DNA of 64,000 nt, taken from the NCBI GenBank assembly GCA_050273025.1, contig CP158635.1:12400001-12464000 (forward strand), read 5' to 3'. Origin of the DNA: Cenococcum geophilum (Eukaryota). The notes beneath the pieces are model-generated. The model saw only the letters and a program-made list of their open reading frames with translations, was not told where the DNA came from and did not search any database. Of the stretch, positions 1 to 12,777 are shown piece by piece. A program made the position numbers and the translations under genes. How positions within the stretch are numbered: position 1 is the first letter of the stretch; every line of letters starts with the position of its first letter.

Positions 1-435
1 GACAAATACATTTGCATACCTCTATAGTCCATAAAATTAAACGACTTTTTTCTAATAGGCCGTAGGATTACTTCTAACGGAAGGGGATAGGTTTAGTTAG
101 CAGTTTGACATGGTTTCCACACATGCCTGATCTTTAACGCCTACATCGCGGCCGCAGCAGCCACATAACTCAAGCCAATCTGCTATCCGCTTCCACCCCA
201 TATACACCTACAACATAAGAAAATAATACCCTCACACCATTCGCCATCAATACGGCGGAACATTTCACGGCCCTGAGGATCCTACCCCGCCGCTGAAGAA
301 ACCCTTCAGCAAACTGTCTGCTGCTCCACCACAGAGCCTTGTTCTAATTTTTACATTTACGTTATCCTATCCACCATAGGAAGTTAGCAACTTACCTTTT
401 TTCAAGCCTAATACAAGCCTGGGAGAGGTGTTACT

Positions 436-2247
436 ATGTCAACTTCTCCTAGAGCATTCCAATACGAAGCACTCACCGAAAAGGATGGAATTCGACTGAT
501 AATCATCCCGCCCAAAGTCTCAGGCAACAGAACCGTAAGCACTGCAGACCCGGACGCACTTCAGTGCAGCCTTATTCACACAACTCTATCACATTGCGAA
601 GACGAGATCATAGACCACTACACGGCACTGTCATATGTCTGGGGCGACGCGACGGACACGCGGACTATCTGGGTCAACGGGTCGCCCGTACAAGTGACTG
701 TGAACCTGTACGCAGCCTTGAATGATTTGCAGGATGAGACACGAGTCTTGCGTCTCTGGGCCGATGCTCTTTGCATTAATCAGAAAGATGACGAGGAAAA
801 GAGCTGGCAAGTGATGATGATGGATAAAATCTATAAGCTGGCACACCACACAATCATCTATCTTGGTCCTCTGACTGTTGCTTTAGAAGCACTGCTGAAG
901 GCCTTGGCCTCAAGAACGGGCGCTGAGAAAGAGGTAATCATAGGTGACCTCAATCTCTCTGCGATTGATAGCGACAGACTTGACCTTCTCCGTCGGCCCT
1001 GGTTTAACCGTGTGTGGGTGCTTCAAGAGTTGGTCCTGGCACGAGACCCGTGGGTTCAATGTGGGAAACTGCGACTGAGGTGGGACCGTATATGCGACTT
1101 TCTGTATCGAACAGTACAATCACAGGACAGCTCGATGGGTCGAGAAGACATGACACTCTTAGGGATGCAAAAACTTCGAAACTTATACCGCGCGAGTTTA
1201 TTTTCCGAAACGCCAAAGCCGGATCTGCTCGATTTGGTAGTATCTCGCCGCGGTCTTGGCGTTAGTGATGGCCGTGATATAATTTTTGCTCATCTCGGGC
1301 TTGCCTCAGACCTCCCTGATCACAGGATTGCAGTCGATTACAAGAAATCTTGCATGCGTGTATATAAAGACTTCGCTCTTTATGTGATGGAAAAATTCGA
1401 CATTAACCATATAACCTGCCACGTCGAGGATATACCCCCGGAGCAGCGAATGCAAGGTCTGCCTTCTTGGGTGCCTGATTGGACTTGGCTACCACAACAC
1501 AAACAGCGATATAGATTTGATCGGTACCAGGATGATAAATCAAGCCGCAACCCAAGACAGAAGTATTTTCTAATCGAAGAATCATCCGTTCTTGTGGTTT
1601 ATGGCAATATACCAGATCCTATCGTGGATATCAGTGTTGAACTGTCGAGCTCACTATTCTCAGCCGCCCAACGACGACAGTTCCAAGACGGCTTTAGATC
1701 TCTAATAAATGATCATGATACCCTTGACCAGCAGAAGATCTTCCAGCAAATGTGGAACGCATGGCGTGCAGTTCTTGGAAATGATGTAACATTTAAGTCT
1801 TACGAGATCCCTGCATATATGTATCTGCAACTTTCACTCGAAAAACTATCTACAATTTCACCCTATTCAGACGCTTTACCAGGCAAACACCTTCTCTCTC
1901 TATTTGACCCGAGAATATCCTCAGCTCACCTTATCGAAGGGAGAAGACTAGCTAAATTAGCCAGTGGGCGGTGTTCCATAGTCCCAGCTTCTACATGTAA
2001 AGGAGACATTTACGTCGAGGGATTAGAAGCGTCATGGATACTTCGACCATTGAACTCCTCTAAGCGGGATCAGCATCTAGAAGCGCAAATTAGGGACCTA
2101 TTAAGACATAATTTGAACCCAGATGATCGGCTTGGAATTACGCCAATCGAACACTGCGTGCTTGTTGGTCAGTGCTGGTCTTATTTCGATTCACTATATG
2201 GGAATTCCAGATCCCCATTTTCACCAACTATTTATGCTATTCATTAA
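436..2247 (+). CDS. HET-domain protein (HET-6-like heterokaryon incompatibility family)
   Basis: 603-aa intronless ORF with the typical HET blocks IRLIII, YTALSYVWG, NL..AL, LWADALCINQ..DEEKSWQV..M.KIY, RPWFNRVWVLQE, D.RD.IFA.LG and LPSWVPDW. Confidence 0.93.
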   Translation: MSTSPRAFQYEALTEKDGIRLIIIPPKVSGNRTVSTADPDALQCSLIHTTLSHCEDEIIDHYTALSYVWGDATDTRTIWVNGSPVQVTVNLYAALNDLQDETRVLRLWADALCINQKDDEEKSWQVMMMDKIYKLAHHTIIYLGPLTVALEALLKALASRTGAEKEVIIGDLNLSAIDSDRLDLLRRPWFNRVWVLQELVLARDPWVQCGKLRLRWDRICDFLYRTVQSQDSSMGREDMTLLGMQKLRNLYRASLFSETPKPDLLDLVVSRRGLGVSDGRDIIFAHLGLASDLPDHRIAVDYKKSCMRVYKDFALYVMEKFDINHITCHVEDIPPEQRMQGLPSWVPDWTWLPQHKQRYRFDRYQDDKSSRNPRQKYFLIEESSVLVVYGNIPDPIVDISVELSSSLFSAAQRRQFQDGFRSLINDHDTLDQQKIFQQMWNAWRAVLGNDVTFKSYEIPAYMYLQLSLEKLSTISPYSDALPGKHLLSLFDPRISSAHLIEGRRLAKLASGRCSIVPASTCKGDIYVEGLEASWILRPLNSSKRDQHLEAQIRDLLRHNLNPDDRLGITPIEHCVLVGQCWSYFDSLYGNSRSPFSPTIYAIH

Positions 2248-2448
2248 AGGAGTTTAGCCACACAATAGGAGTAGCACGAATTCAAAATGAGTATCAAGCG
2301 ATATTCATATGTCACCCACGATACCCTATACTACCCTATCTCATCTTACCTTGAGCAGGACCCAATGCACGCGCAAAACCTACCTACAAAATCAACCCAT
2401 CAAGCATCCTCTTCAACTCCCAAACTCCTTTCCATTACCCTCTCACAT

Positions 2449-4294
2449 CTACCAATCCCCCCACTCATCCTCCTTCCCCGCCGGCGCCTGCCCTCCCGCC
2501 CCCGCTCCCCCCTTCTTCATCGCCGCCGTCCCAATCCCCGCCGGCTTACTCCTCACCGCTACGACCCCCACCCCGGGCCCCGCCGCCCCCACCTCGCCCG
2601 CACTAGAAAACTCATCCCAGAAATCCCTCTTATCGGGCGCGGGCCCCGTCGGCGGCTGGCCGAACGAGTCCCAGAAGTCCTTCTTCTCAGGCGCTGTTGT
2701 ACTGCGGGGCCTGTTCGCCGACGACTGATTAGGGTCATGGTCATCCGCGGAGCCCTCGACGAAGCGGGACAGCGAGGTCGCGGCGGCGGAGGTGCCCTGC
2801 TGGATGCCCTGGCCAAGCGTGGCGGCTGTTTGGCGGGCTTGGGCTGTGAGGTCGGCTTCGGCGAGCTGTATAGACATGTATTAGCAATTGGAGAATCCCC
2901 GTCCGGAGCCCCCGGCGTAAAGCAGATGTAGAGAATGCTGTGCGAGCCCAATCCCTATCCTCATGCCCATCCCACCCCCTAACCACCACACCCGCACCCC
3001 CCAACCAACAAAAACCAAGCAAAGAACCACAAAAAAAACAACATACCTTCTGCACCCCCGGCTTAACCCACCCCTCATACCCCGTTCTGGCCCCCTTCCC
3101 CACCGTCGCGCCCAGCCACCCAAACCCCTTCGTCAGCGCCGCCACGGGATCCTTCTGGAACTCATCCAGCGCCGGCGGGGCCCCCTCCTCGCCCTCCCCC
3201 CCACCCCCCTTCCACCCCGCCGGCTCGCTCCCAAACCCCGCATACTTCCCGCCCTGACTCGGCGGCAGCTCCGCCGGGCGCTGCGCATTCTCAGCCCCCA
3301 TGCGCGCAAAGAAAGTCTCGTTCTGCGTCTTCTTCGACGGTGCAAGCGACGCCGTCCCAAGCGAGGGGGACGCCGACCGCGCGGGGATGCCGCCGCCGCC
3401 GCCGCCGCCGCCCGCCACGTCCGACGACCGCGTCCGCGACAGCGGCGTCTGCGACCGCGACCCGGCCGCCGAAGCGCGCCCACTCGTCGGCACCGCCGCC
3501 GCTGCTCCATCCCTCTTCCCACGCTTCGGCAGCTTCTCGGCGTCGAAGTCGCGCCCCTCGACTTTGCAGCTCAGTCGCTCCTTCCACTCGTCTCCGGCAG
3601 CGGAGTCGTATCTCTCTGCGATGGTGGACGCGGCGAAGGAGCGGCCGGCCGCGGCGTTGGAGCCGTGCGCGTTGAAGAAGGCCCGGAAGGGCTCGTTGCC
3701 GCCGGCGGCCATGCGCGCCAGCTCGGCGGGCTTGAAGGCGTCCATGGTTATCGAGCGCACGAAGGAGATGTGCACGCCTAGCCCGCGGTGGATCCCGCTG
3801 CAGGAGAGGCACATGAAGATGCCGAGTTTGGGGGAGGCCTGGAGGGCGGGAGGAGAGGGGAGGTTAGTGCTGGACGGAATTGGGGGGGAGAGGTGTGTGG
3901 GCGGTGGGGAGAGGAGAAGGGGTTGTGTGGATTGGGTTCGCGGGCTTCTGTAGAGGTGTGCTAGTGTGTATGGGATGTAATCGGCGGGCGTGGTGGTGGA
4001 GGGAGAGAGGCATGTACCCATTGCGGACTCGGCGCATTGCAATCAACGCAGATATTGTTCCCGTTCTCTTTCTGGATCTCGAGCAACTGTGAAAAAAAGG
4101 CGCACCAGATATTAGCTACTGCTCAAGAATATTCACTGAAACCTCGACGTGTTGAGTGGCACAGCTCTTCAGGAGTCTCTCTGCAACGAGCGAAACCCAG
4201 CGCGTAAGCCAGGTCTTTGCGGCAGAGTGTGTTGAGGGAATGTGTAGGAATGGTGGCCTACCTTGCTCCTGGTTTCAGGATCAACTTCCCACAT
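2449..4294 (-). CDS. GCS1: ADP-ribosylation factor GTPase-activating protein (Gcs1/ArfGAP1-like), 4 exons
   Basis: Exons 4294-4262 (MWEVDPETRSK), 4086-4018 (NNICVDCNAPSPQW), 3838-3047 (ASPKLGIFMCLSCSGIHRGLGVHISFVRS...SQGGKYAGFG) and 2865-2449 (...DFWD...DEWGDW*), joined by GT-AG introns. The ArfGAP CxxC...CxxC zinc finger is split by intron 2. Confidence 0.93.
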
Positions 4295-5117
4295 GTTGGT
4301 GGTAGTGTAAGGAGTGGGTGGAGGGGGCGCGAGCCCTAGGGTGTGAGAGTGTGATGTTGGCGGGAGTTTTCGAGGGGAACCGTGGCGAGAGTCTGACATC
4401 GATCGGCACAAAGAAACATAGATAATGCATAGAAACAAGCCCCAATTACCGTCACTGAGGCGCGCGTAGCATAATACGAACGTCAATCAAAGCTATAGAC
4501 GCTATCTTGTTGTCGATTGGTCTCGGTGTAGATTGTTACAGATTATTGTTGTTGAAGAGAGATTACCTGAATGCTGCTCGCGTGGCCTATGTCCAATTTC
4601 GACGTTCCAATTTTCTCCTTTAACAATTCAAAAATTATTTCTCCTCCTGCTCATTCCAACACATTTCCCACCATTGCTTTTGCATGCTCATAGTCTGGCC
4701 ACCACCTATCTGTCTTGTGCATGCGACACTACCTCCCCCAGTCCGCGCCTCCACCAAGACTACCAGATTTCATCTATCCACCACCAGAAATAGTAACCGT
4801 ATTGCCATCCTGAACCCCAGCCATATGTACGTGACATGCATCATTCGAGTAATAAAAAGACATTTACAAGTACAGCCCACAGCAATTACCATTTTTTCAG
4901 CCATCATTAAAGAACCCTCGTAGCCCACTGACATTCCACGCAAAGGTGAGAAGTCCACACCCTCAATAAGTCTAAAAGCCAATGGGGCCCCCCTTGGCTA
5001 AACAGAGTTCGGGCCGAAGCCACCATAGTCGCTCCACAAACACCGTTGCGCCAATGCTAAATTATGATCAAAAATAAAGACTAGAAGGTGAACTGTATTT
5101 ACGAGTGACCCGAGCGG

Positions 5118-6853
5118 TCATTGATCTGTCGGATCCGGATTTCTCACCTGTATTCATGTCAGCGTCGAGTTGAACAAGAGACATCACCGAGACTACTCAC
5201 ATTCAGAGTCCTGGTATAGTCCCGGTTATCTTCGATCGTTATTATACTGGTGTGGCTCCCGTTGTCCAAATCCATTAATGCCGTCGGATTCAGTCTCTGG
5301 TCATAGAACAGCGGCCTACTGTTTCTCCTTTCCGATATCGGGCTGATTGAGTCAATCGTGTCGAGCCCATGCGAGCTGCTTCGATTCACCGTTGTCGTGA
5401 TTACTGGCGGAATATAAGAATCTTTCTCCGTCTTCAAAAGACCCGTCTTACTCAATGTGCTGGTATTTCTTCGCGGGGGAAGAGTTGTTGCTGTAGCCTC
5501 CGAATCTTCCGCATTTTTATTCCGCTTGTGCCGAGACAGCAGAAGGAAAACGACGGCGCCGATTAGCGCGAGCCCCACAACCGATCCGACCACAGCTCCG
5601 GCAATGGCACCCTTGGAAACTCCTTTCTTAGGTGTTTGTGTCATTTGTGACGGATCAGTGGGCATGCTGGTGACGGTTTGTACCACCACTGCCCCGCTGA
5701 CCGTAATGGTTTGCACACTAGTTATAGGAGTTGCTACCCACGTGGAGCTGTGGGTTTGCGTTGCTTGCGTTGCTTGCGTTGCTGGTGACGATGCAGGAGC
5801 CGAGGTGGGTTGAGATGACGAGGTTGCTGCAGCTGGAGTCTATTTCAAGTTGATTAGCATGAGAATGATTCAAATCGACTCAAAGGAATAGAAAAAGGGA
5901 AAAAGAACAGGCTTTATCATACAGGAGTAACAACGGAACTAAATACCGAAGGTGATGCAGTGACCGTCCTAAAAACAGTCTTTGGATCGTCAACGGTCTG
6001 CTTCGCAGTAGGAGAAGGAGAAGAAGTTGGCGGAGCCGATGGACTCTGCAGAAAAAGTCAAAAAAATGCAAATCGAGGAAGTGGGTGAGGAATAAGAGCA
6101 AACCAAACTAATATAAGTTGACAAAACGGCAGACGAAATTATAACCAAAGACGTTGAATGTATAATCAGAAGACTTGACTGCGTAGACAACCCAAAAGTA
6201 GATTTGGATTTATGCCGAGAAGACAAGGACGTCCGCGTCGCGGAAGAGAGAAGTGTTGAAGTAGGTGAAATAGAGAACGAGGAAGAGGGTAAACCAACCG
6301 TCGTCTCTGAAGACCTAGAAGAAGAAAACGCCGCCGAAGTTGTAGGCAGCGAAGAGAATGTAGATGAAGGCACAGATAAAGAAGAGGTGGTTGGGCTACT
6401 GACCGTTGAACTAGTGCTCGAGGCGGCTCCCATGGTCCCAGAAGGACTCTTACTCAACGCAACATAACCAAACAGATCATTGTTTGAAGATCCACAACTC
6501 TCGGCGGGAAAGCCGGGACATTTATCGCTGCAGTCTGAGACGGATGACTGGTCAGCGGGAATGTAGTTTGAGCACCAGCAATTGTTCCCTTGTACAATTG
6601 CGAAGGCGTAATCGTCCTGGCAATGTGTTGAGCACCATCCGTTGGACTGCCACGTCCAATATGCTGTGAGGCTGTCAGCGAAAGTTATCTCAGAGAAATG
6701 GGGTGTGTCGTTCATACATGCTCCATTGCTTGCGCCTGTGTTTTCGGTCGAGCAGTACTCCTGAGTCAAAGAATCGGTACGGTCTATGAGTAGAGTGAGA
6801 ACGAGGGTTGCTACCATGAAGAGGCCCGAATAGTAAGGCATTGAGCCAGTCAT
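5118..6853 (-). CDS. WSC-domain cell-wall integrity sensor (Wsc1/Slg1-like), 4 exons
   Basis: Signal peptide, WSC domain (QSNGWCSTHC..YAFAIVQGNNCWCSN..CSDKCPGFPAESCG), Ser/Thr stalk, TM helix (GAIAGAVVGSVVGLALIGAVVFLLL) and cytoplasmic DQRLNP...DNRDYTRTLNVRNPD. Introns at 6717-6664, 6403-5840 and 5200-5148; stop TGA at 5120-5118. Confidence 0.9.
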
Positions 6854-9318
6854 GGTCGTGGTTGTGGATGTGGATTGTGGTCGTGTTCTCTCAGAGTAGG
6901 GTAGGATGGGATGGAGTAAAGACCGACGCGTGGGTGTGAAGAGCCTCACAGCGCCACGCGGTATTAATTCCTTCTCAAAGCGATTGTGTGATTATTAAGG
7001 GTTGTGCAGTAAGATGGTGAAAGGTGTCGAGGTCAATTGGTGAATTGAGACAGGTGTATGAGTGGACGAGGCAGGTATCCGGGGTGACAGGTTGCACAGA
7101 CAGATTTCACACTGCCTAGCCACCGATGAAAGCTCGGACTGAGGGAGTTGTCGATGAGGTTGTCAGAGACAGCAGATTCCTGGCAGCTGGGAAGCAAAGC
7201 CCGAAGTGATCGCTGGTGGCTTGCACAACAGCGCCGAGGAATAGCGATACGAGAGCTTCGGGTCTAGCACGGCGGCGAGCTGTCGGTCAGCATTTTCTCA
7301 AACTTTTCCCCTCGACCTGGAGGGCTTGAAGGAAAGGAATTGAAGAGGTTGGATCGGGAGGGAAGGCAAGAGATCGGAGAGCGGACATGATGGTGGAATA
7401 GTGGGAAGGAATGCCGCGAGCTTTGGGGGAAAGCTCGGGTTCAAGGTTTTGACCGAGGTGGTTTAGCGAAAGGCTTACCGCAAGACGGACGGGGGGGTTC
7501 CCTGCGAAAAAGAAGAGGTAGATCACTGTCAGCCCCGTTTTTGCCGTGCCAACAGGAAAGCGGACAGGGGTGAACAAGGCCGAACAAGGACGGTCGAACG
7601 ACGGTCAAGGACGATCAAGGACGGTTTGGGATGCACAGGACAGGTAATTGCAAAAGCCGCATCTACTCAATCGGGAGCCTGTGATTCCGCTGTTTGCCGT
7701 CGATAGTTCCGATAGTCCCAACCCAGTTCCCCAACCAAACGGCGATTTATTAATGTCGTGATGCACCCTCCTCCTTCGCCCTGGGTAGACCGACTGACTG
7801 AAGAGTGGCACGGGTGGCTACTACGATGGTAAAAGCCTCTCGCCCCTTCTCCGTCATGACGTGGACGAAAGCGGCGAAATGCAGTCTCGCAGCCACGGCC
7901 AGCTCGAGACTCGCAGATAGACGATCAGATTATATCCAATGCGGAACGACTATGCTGCCCTGTGGAGAATGGACAACAAGGGCTGGAAACCCACGGGCCC
8001 AGATCAAGAGCCTTCCAAACTGCGGCGCAAAATAGGGCGATTGAATAAAAAAGCGAATGTACGCGTCGTCCGTGGAATTGCTTCAGCGGAACGATCGCAA
8101 TAATGGACCCAAGTGCACAGAGCGAAATGAAAAGAAAAAACGAACGAATGTCGAGAAGGTCGGAGGGGAATGTCTCAAAGATGGGAGCGAAAAGGGCAGG
8201 AAATAGTCCTTGATCAGAAGATTCTCGCCTGCTGATCCCGCTTGTCGGCGCAAATTTAGAAGCACTTGCAGGGTCGTATTCGTGACTAGGATGTCCGGGC
8301 AGGATTGCGGGGAGGGGCGCAGGGGAACCAGAGAAAAATAACCCCAGAACAATCAAGAACAACCACATCAATTGCCATTAGAAGGCTTAATATTTATTCT
8401 ATATATACAGGGGGTTCGCGTTTGACAGGTGTCAGCCCTCTCTCCGCTGGCCGTTTCTTCTCTGCAGGCTTCAGGAGTTGTGGCTCCGTCGACTGCAGTA
8501 GTGCTCCGTAAAGCTGTTTGCGAAGGCGAAGCACAGCGTGACAGTTTGAGACAAAAGCCCCTCGGCTCAGGAGCGTGGCCATCCAGTGCCACCAGACGCT
8601 GTGGGCCAGCTCGGCGAGAGCAGTAAAAGAAAAAAACTTTTCACCCTTGGGGAAGCTTGGGGAGACTGAAGAAGTTTGGAAAGGTCGTCCGGCATTCGGG
8701 CGTCTCGCCGAAATCGTGTATCAGTGCTTCCAGAACGCTTCTTCATCACAAAACTGGCTGTGACAGTCTGCCATACCGCTGCCGGAGTGCATGTAATGTA
8801 TGATATGCATGATACGCTTGATACGTGGACATACCCTCACGGCCTCTCTTCACAACCTATGGGCGCGTTGAAGCGCTCTATCTACGGCTTTAGGCTGTAT
8901 TTGGCAATGTCAGCTGCCCTTCACCCGAAAGCGGACAGTCTCAGGCCAAAATGAGACTCTGTTGTCTCGTCCCGATCGAATCTCCACCAATCGTGATGCC
9001 AAGGCTCAAGATCGCAGCGGTGGTGGCGTTCCCTAGGGCGCTGTCGCTGTTTGGTTCGTGAACCACGTCTCGCTTAAGGTCGCCGAAGTCTTGGCCCTGC
9101 GCCTTGACAGACATTGCATCATAAGGAGGCGAAGCTAACGAGGAGGCGAAGCTAACGAAGAGGCGGGAGACTTTGTAGGTGCTGTGGGCGCTGTAAGATT
9201 TGCACGGCGAAAAAAAAGAACTAACGCGTTTCAAGATGGACAGGAGACAAGGACCTTGATACCCTGGAATTTTCGACCATCGTTGCGCTTTTAAGCATGC
9301 TAGAGGTGCCTTTGTTAT

Positions 9319-9829
9319 CCCTTGCACCGATAACTGCGTCCAATAAAGTGTGGCCCGTGCATACCAATTAAATAAGGGTTATGCACGGGCGGTAAGTTGT
9401 TCTACTGCATTACTAGAGTCTTGAATAAAGCAATAAATATATTAAAATATTAGTATATTCTATATATAGACTCTTATTCTTTAATATTTAGGCCGACTAA
9501 AATGCTCCTTCTAATAAGGCCCTACTTTATTGAGCGATATTCGACAGAATCCGCAGCTAAACCGAGTTCTTGGCGCCCACTGAGGTCTCTTAAACTCCTT
9601 GCTCCTGCGAGATCTCTTTATAGTATTTACTGAAAGCTCGCATAGAGGCTTCCTGGCCGAAAGCTTCTTAAGCTGGCTCTTTCTTCCTGCCTACAAGCAC
9701 GCCACGCAAGCCACTGACTTCTCGTTTATCTTAACCGATTTGTATCCGTGATATAGACTGGGTACCAATGTTTGATATTCGTGACCACGTGCACGGGCCA
9801 CAATCTATTGGCACCCATCGGTGCAGGGG
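9319..9829 (-). mobile_element. Non-autonomous piggyBac-like DNA transposon (internal-deletion derivative, about 511 bp)
   Basis: Imperfect ~40-bp TIRs (CCCTTGCACCGAT...CCAATAAAGTGTGGCCCGTGCA versus CCCCTGCACCGAT...CCAATAGATTGTGGCCCGTGCA). The RIP-mutated interior reads CVAC..AGRK..RKPLCELSVN..PRTRFSCGFCRISL..GPY*KEH on the minus strand, resembling the Cys-rich C-terminus of piggyBac transposases. No clean TTAA TSD. Confidence 0.65.
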
Positions 9830-10108
9830 ATAGACACCTTTCGTCATTCCTTCTATTGCGAGACCGCGATCGGCATATTCGGTTGAGGTACATTCTCCAT
9901 GATTTGACCAAGTTCATCGTTTCCCTAGACGTCGCGAAAAGAGTCATTTTAGAAAAATTTGCGAGTGCCAGAGCCATCTCTGACACGTGCCGGCTACACA
10001 ATCAAGATATCATGTTGGGGCGAAGTAAGCAAACCAAGATACACAACTTGGGCGAACCCCAGCACGAGTAATCTAAATATGCAGTTCTGCATATCCCATA
10101 CAATCCTT

Positions 10109-11465
10109 TCACAGCTTGGCCTTTTTGCCGCTTTTTACGCCTGTAACCGATTCTTCCGATAGCAGAAAGTCGGGATACTTCCAATCTCCTCCAGTGTTCG
10201 TCCCTTGAGTATGCCACGCTCCTCCGTCAACTAGATAGGAACAGTAGTGTTAGTTCAGCAGCCTAAAGAAAGATAATAGAACACACATATTATACAATAA
10301 TATCACTCACCAACAAGAATCTCACCATTCACATAATTCCCAGCATCTGAGAACAGATACACTGTCGCATCGGCAATCTCTTTAACCGTTCCGTATCTCC
10401 CTGACGGTACTTTCTTCATGTTCTGTTTTGCATTGTCTACTATGGAGAGCCTTGCCATACCCTCCGTGTCCGCAATTGGGCCGGGAGAGATGACATTCGA
10501 AGTAATTCCTCGAGGCCCTTGTTCAATCGCCACAGCGTGTGCCATGGCATCTACACCTGCTTTTGCGACGGAGACATGGCTCTGCATGGGTGTACCGGTG
10601 TAATGTAATGTTGCGCTGACGAAGATGATCCTGCCTCCAGTGCCTTTCGGTGGTGCTAAGGGCAGTTGGTTAGTATAATCGTACTCGTTCGAATTGAAGG
10701 GCGCTACTCACGGGTCTTCCCATCTGTCTTGTGCTTAGCCGCAGACTCGAGCAGATACGGCATCGTTGCTTTAATAGTATTCCACGAGCCCAAAACATCA
10801 ATATCCATAACTGACTTGAAGGCATTAGACGATATCTGGTTCATTGGTGCCAGGAAGTTTCCAGCAGCGCCAGCACTGTAGAACATCAGCATTCACCTTC
10901 GAACATCTCATCCCTTTACCAACGAGGCCTCAACATTAACGCCTCCCAGCCCAACTCTTTACTCACACCAATCAACCTCCGGCAAGACGGCCAAAACGAA
11001 AACACCTGTTCGCAGGACAAAATGAAGCCTACTCACATGACAAAATCAATCGTACCAAGCTCTTTCACACACTTATCGGCCGCCTCGTGCAGCGCTTCCG
11101 GTTTCCTCACATCGACGTCTCCAAATCCTAACACCTTAGCTCCCTTCCTCGCGGTAGCGATATCCTTCGCCATATTCTCCGTCTTCTCGACATTGCGACC
11201 TATGATGCAGGCATTGGCACCTAGGTGAACCATAGCACGGACTTGGGCTGAACAGATTGTGCCTGCGCCACCAGTGCAGAAGACAACTTTATTATCTGAT
11301 GGGGAGCGATGGCGCCATCAGCACAGGCAATACAAGTACACATCACAGGACGAAATAGACAGGAGAGGTGGCAATGCTAGCCAGATCTCGTGTCGGGATG
11401 GAGAGCATACCAAAGATGCCATCCTTCCACACTTCGCTCAGATATTCGTTCTTGGGAAGAGGCAT
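10109..11465 (-). CDS. SPS19: Peroxisomal 2,4-dienoyl-CoA reductase (SDR family), multi-exon
   Basis: [18 protein letters not shown] / [26 protein letters not shown] / [10 protein letters not shown] / [14 protein letters not shown] / [14 protein letters not shown] / VDGGAWH. C-terminal PTS1 -AKL precedes TGA at 10111-10109; GT-AG introns. Confidence 0.92.
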
Positions 11466-11989
11466 TGTTCTCGGCGTGCGCCACGGTTCGTTTCCTGCAG
11501 ACTGTCGCAACGCAGCACTGGATATAGCGGAAAAGTGAGTGGTTCTACAGGAATAGAGGTCGTGTAGAGCAGCTCACGCCTTGAAATAGCTACGGCCGAA
11601 GCTGACGGGTACCGGGAAGACGGTGTCGCCCAAAGCAGAAAACCTCGCGGCAGGCATTGACTTGCCGAGGTTGCAGTAGGTGATTAGTCGAGCATCTCGA
11701 GAAGCTCCAACGAGAGCATTAAGACGCTGCAGAACCCGTGAAGTTGCCATAGTAAAAAGTATTATAAGCCTGCATTGACACTTGATCAATCTTGAAGTGT
11801 GTAGGTGAGAAAATAACCCGGCGGAGCAGAGATGCGTAATTGGCGCAGCGTTACACTTCTGAAATTTACGGTCAGCCATAATGCCAAGACGCTTGTTTCA
11901 ACGCTAAAATGATTATAGCTAGCCGCTTCCATCCCTGCACCCACCTAATTAGATTGCTACCCTCCGACGACTCTCACCCGCACGTGGTG

Positions 11990-12775
11990 CATCCCTATGA
12001 ACCTGTAGTGGCATGGAGCGAATTTGCGTTAGGAAGAAAAACAAAAGAACCAGCACGGCGGGCCAGCACGACAAGCAAAGTCCCACGATTATTAACACGG
12101 TAAGAACGATACATAAGGGAAAAAGAACACTCCCTGAAGGCATAAGAAGATACTCGAAAGAAATGGATGCAGCGCTGCCAGGCAGGCATACCCGGACTCT
12201 TTATAACAACCTTAAGTGAGTGTATTGGCACAGCTCCGAACAGGAATAGCACGACTCAACGGGCACAGACTTATGTGCCTGCGGACAAGCAACAGAAACC
12301 GGCAAGTATTTTCTTTTCCGATGTCATACCAAACACAAATGCCAGCGCAGACGGATACAAGAAGAGGCAATCTCTCCTGTCACTTAGGAGGAAAAGCACC
12401 GTCTAGCCCACACCGATAGGCCTCTGACATGAAAGTCGTTCGAGCAACAATCAAATTCGCCATAACCACAAGATGACTCGACACTGAGACGGGGACCCCA
12501 ATAACCAACTGACAGCTGCAACTTCCAGTCCTACCCCGTCTCCTTCCCCGACTAACCCTCACTACGCACCCCCATGTCCCTAGCAAGTCTCGCTTCAATC
12601 TCCGAAAGTAGGACACTGAACACTTGAAAGATTGACACTAAGATAACCTGCCACCAACCCCATACGAGGCCTCTCTATCACAACCATAAATGATACTAGA
12701 GGAGGGGTTTTGAGGAGATTGGCGGAACCGAAAAGAAGTGAATTATGTAATCATAGCTTAACTGACTAACTAAGT
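11990..12775 (+). mobile_element. 5'-truncated LINE (Tad1-like) 3' fragment
   Basis: Degenerate ORF2 C-terminus ALPGRHTRTLYNNLK...VLAQLRTGIARLNG...CACGQATETGKYFLFRC...RRGNLSCHLGGK, then a 3' UTR ending in an ACTGACTAACTAA tail. Confidence 0.75.
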
Positions 12776-12777
12776 TA

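Noticed and set aside
2287..3953. Multiple overlapping Arg/Pro/Ala-rich ORFs
   Set aside because: Antisense or alternative-frame shadows of the very GC-rich ArfGAP exons.
7287..9327. Short ORFs upstream of the WSC gene, including the hydrophobic 148-aa ORF at 7925-8371
   Set aside because: No recognisable motif or splice structure; probably promoter or 5' UTR sequence. A small gene cannot be fully excluded.
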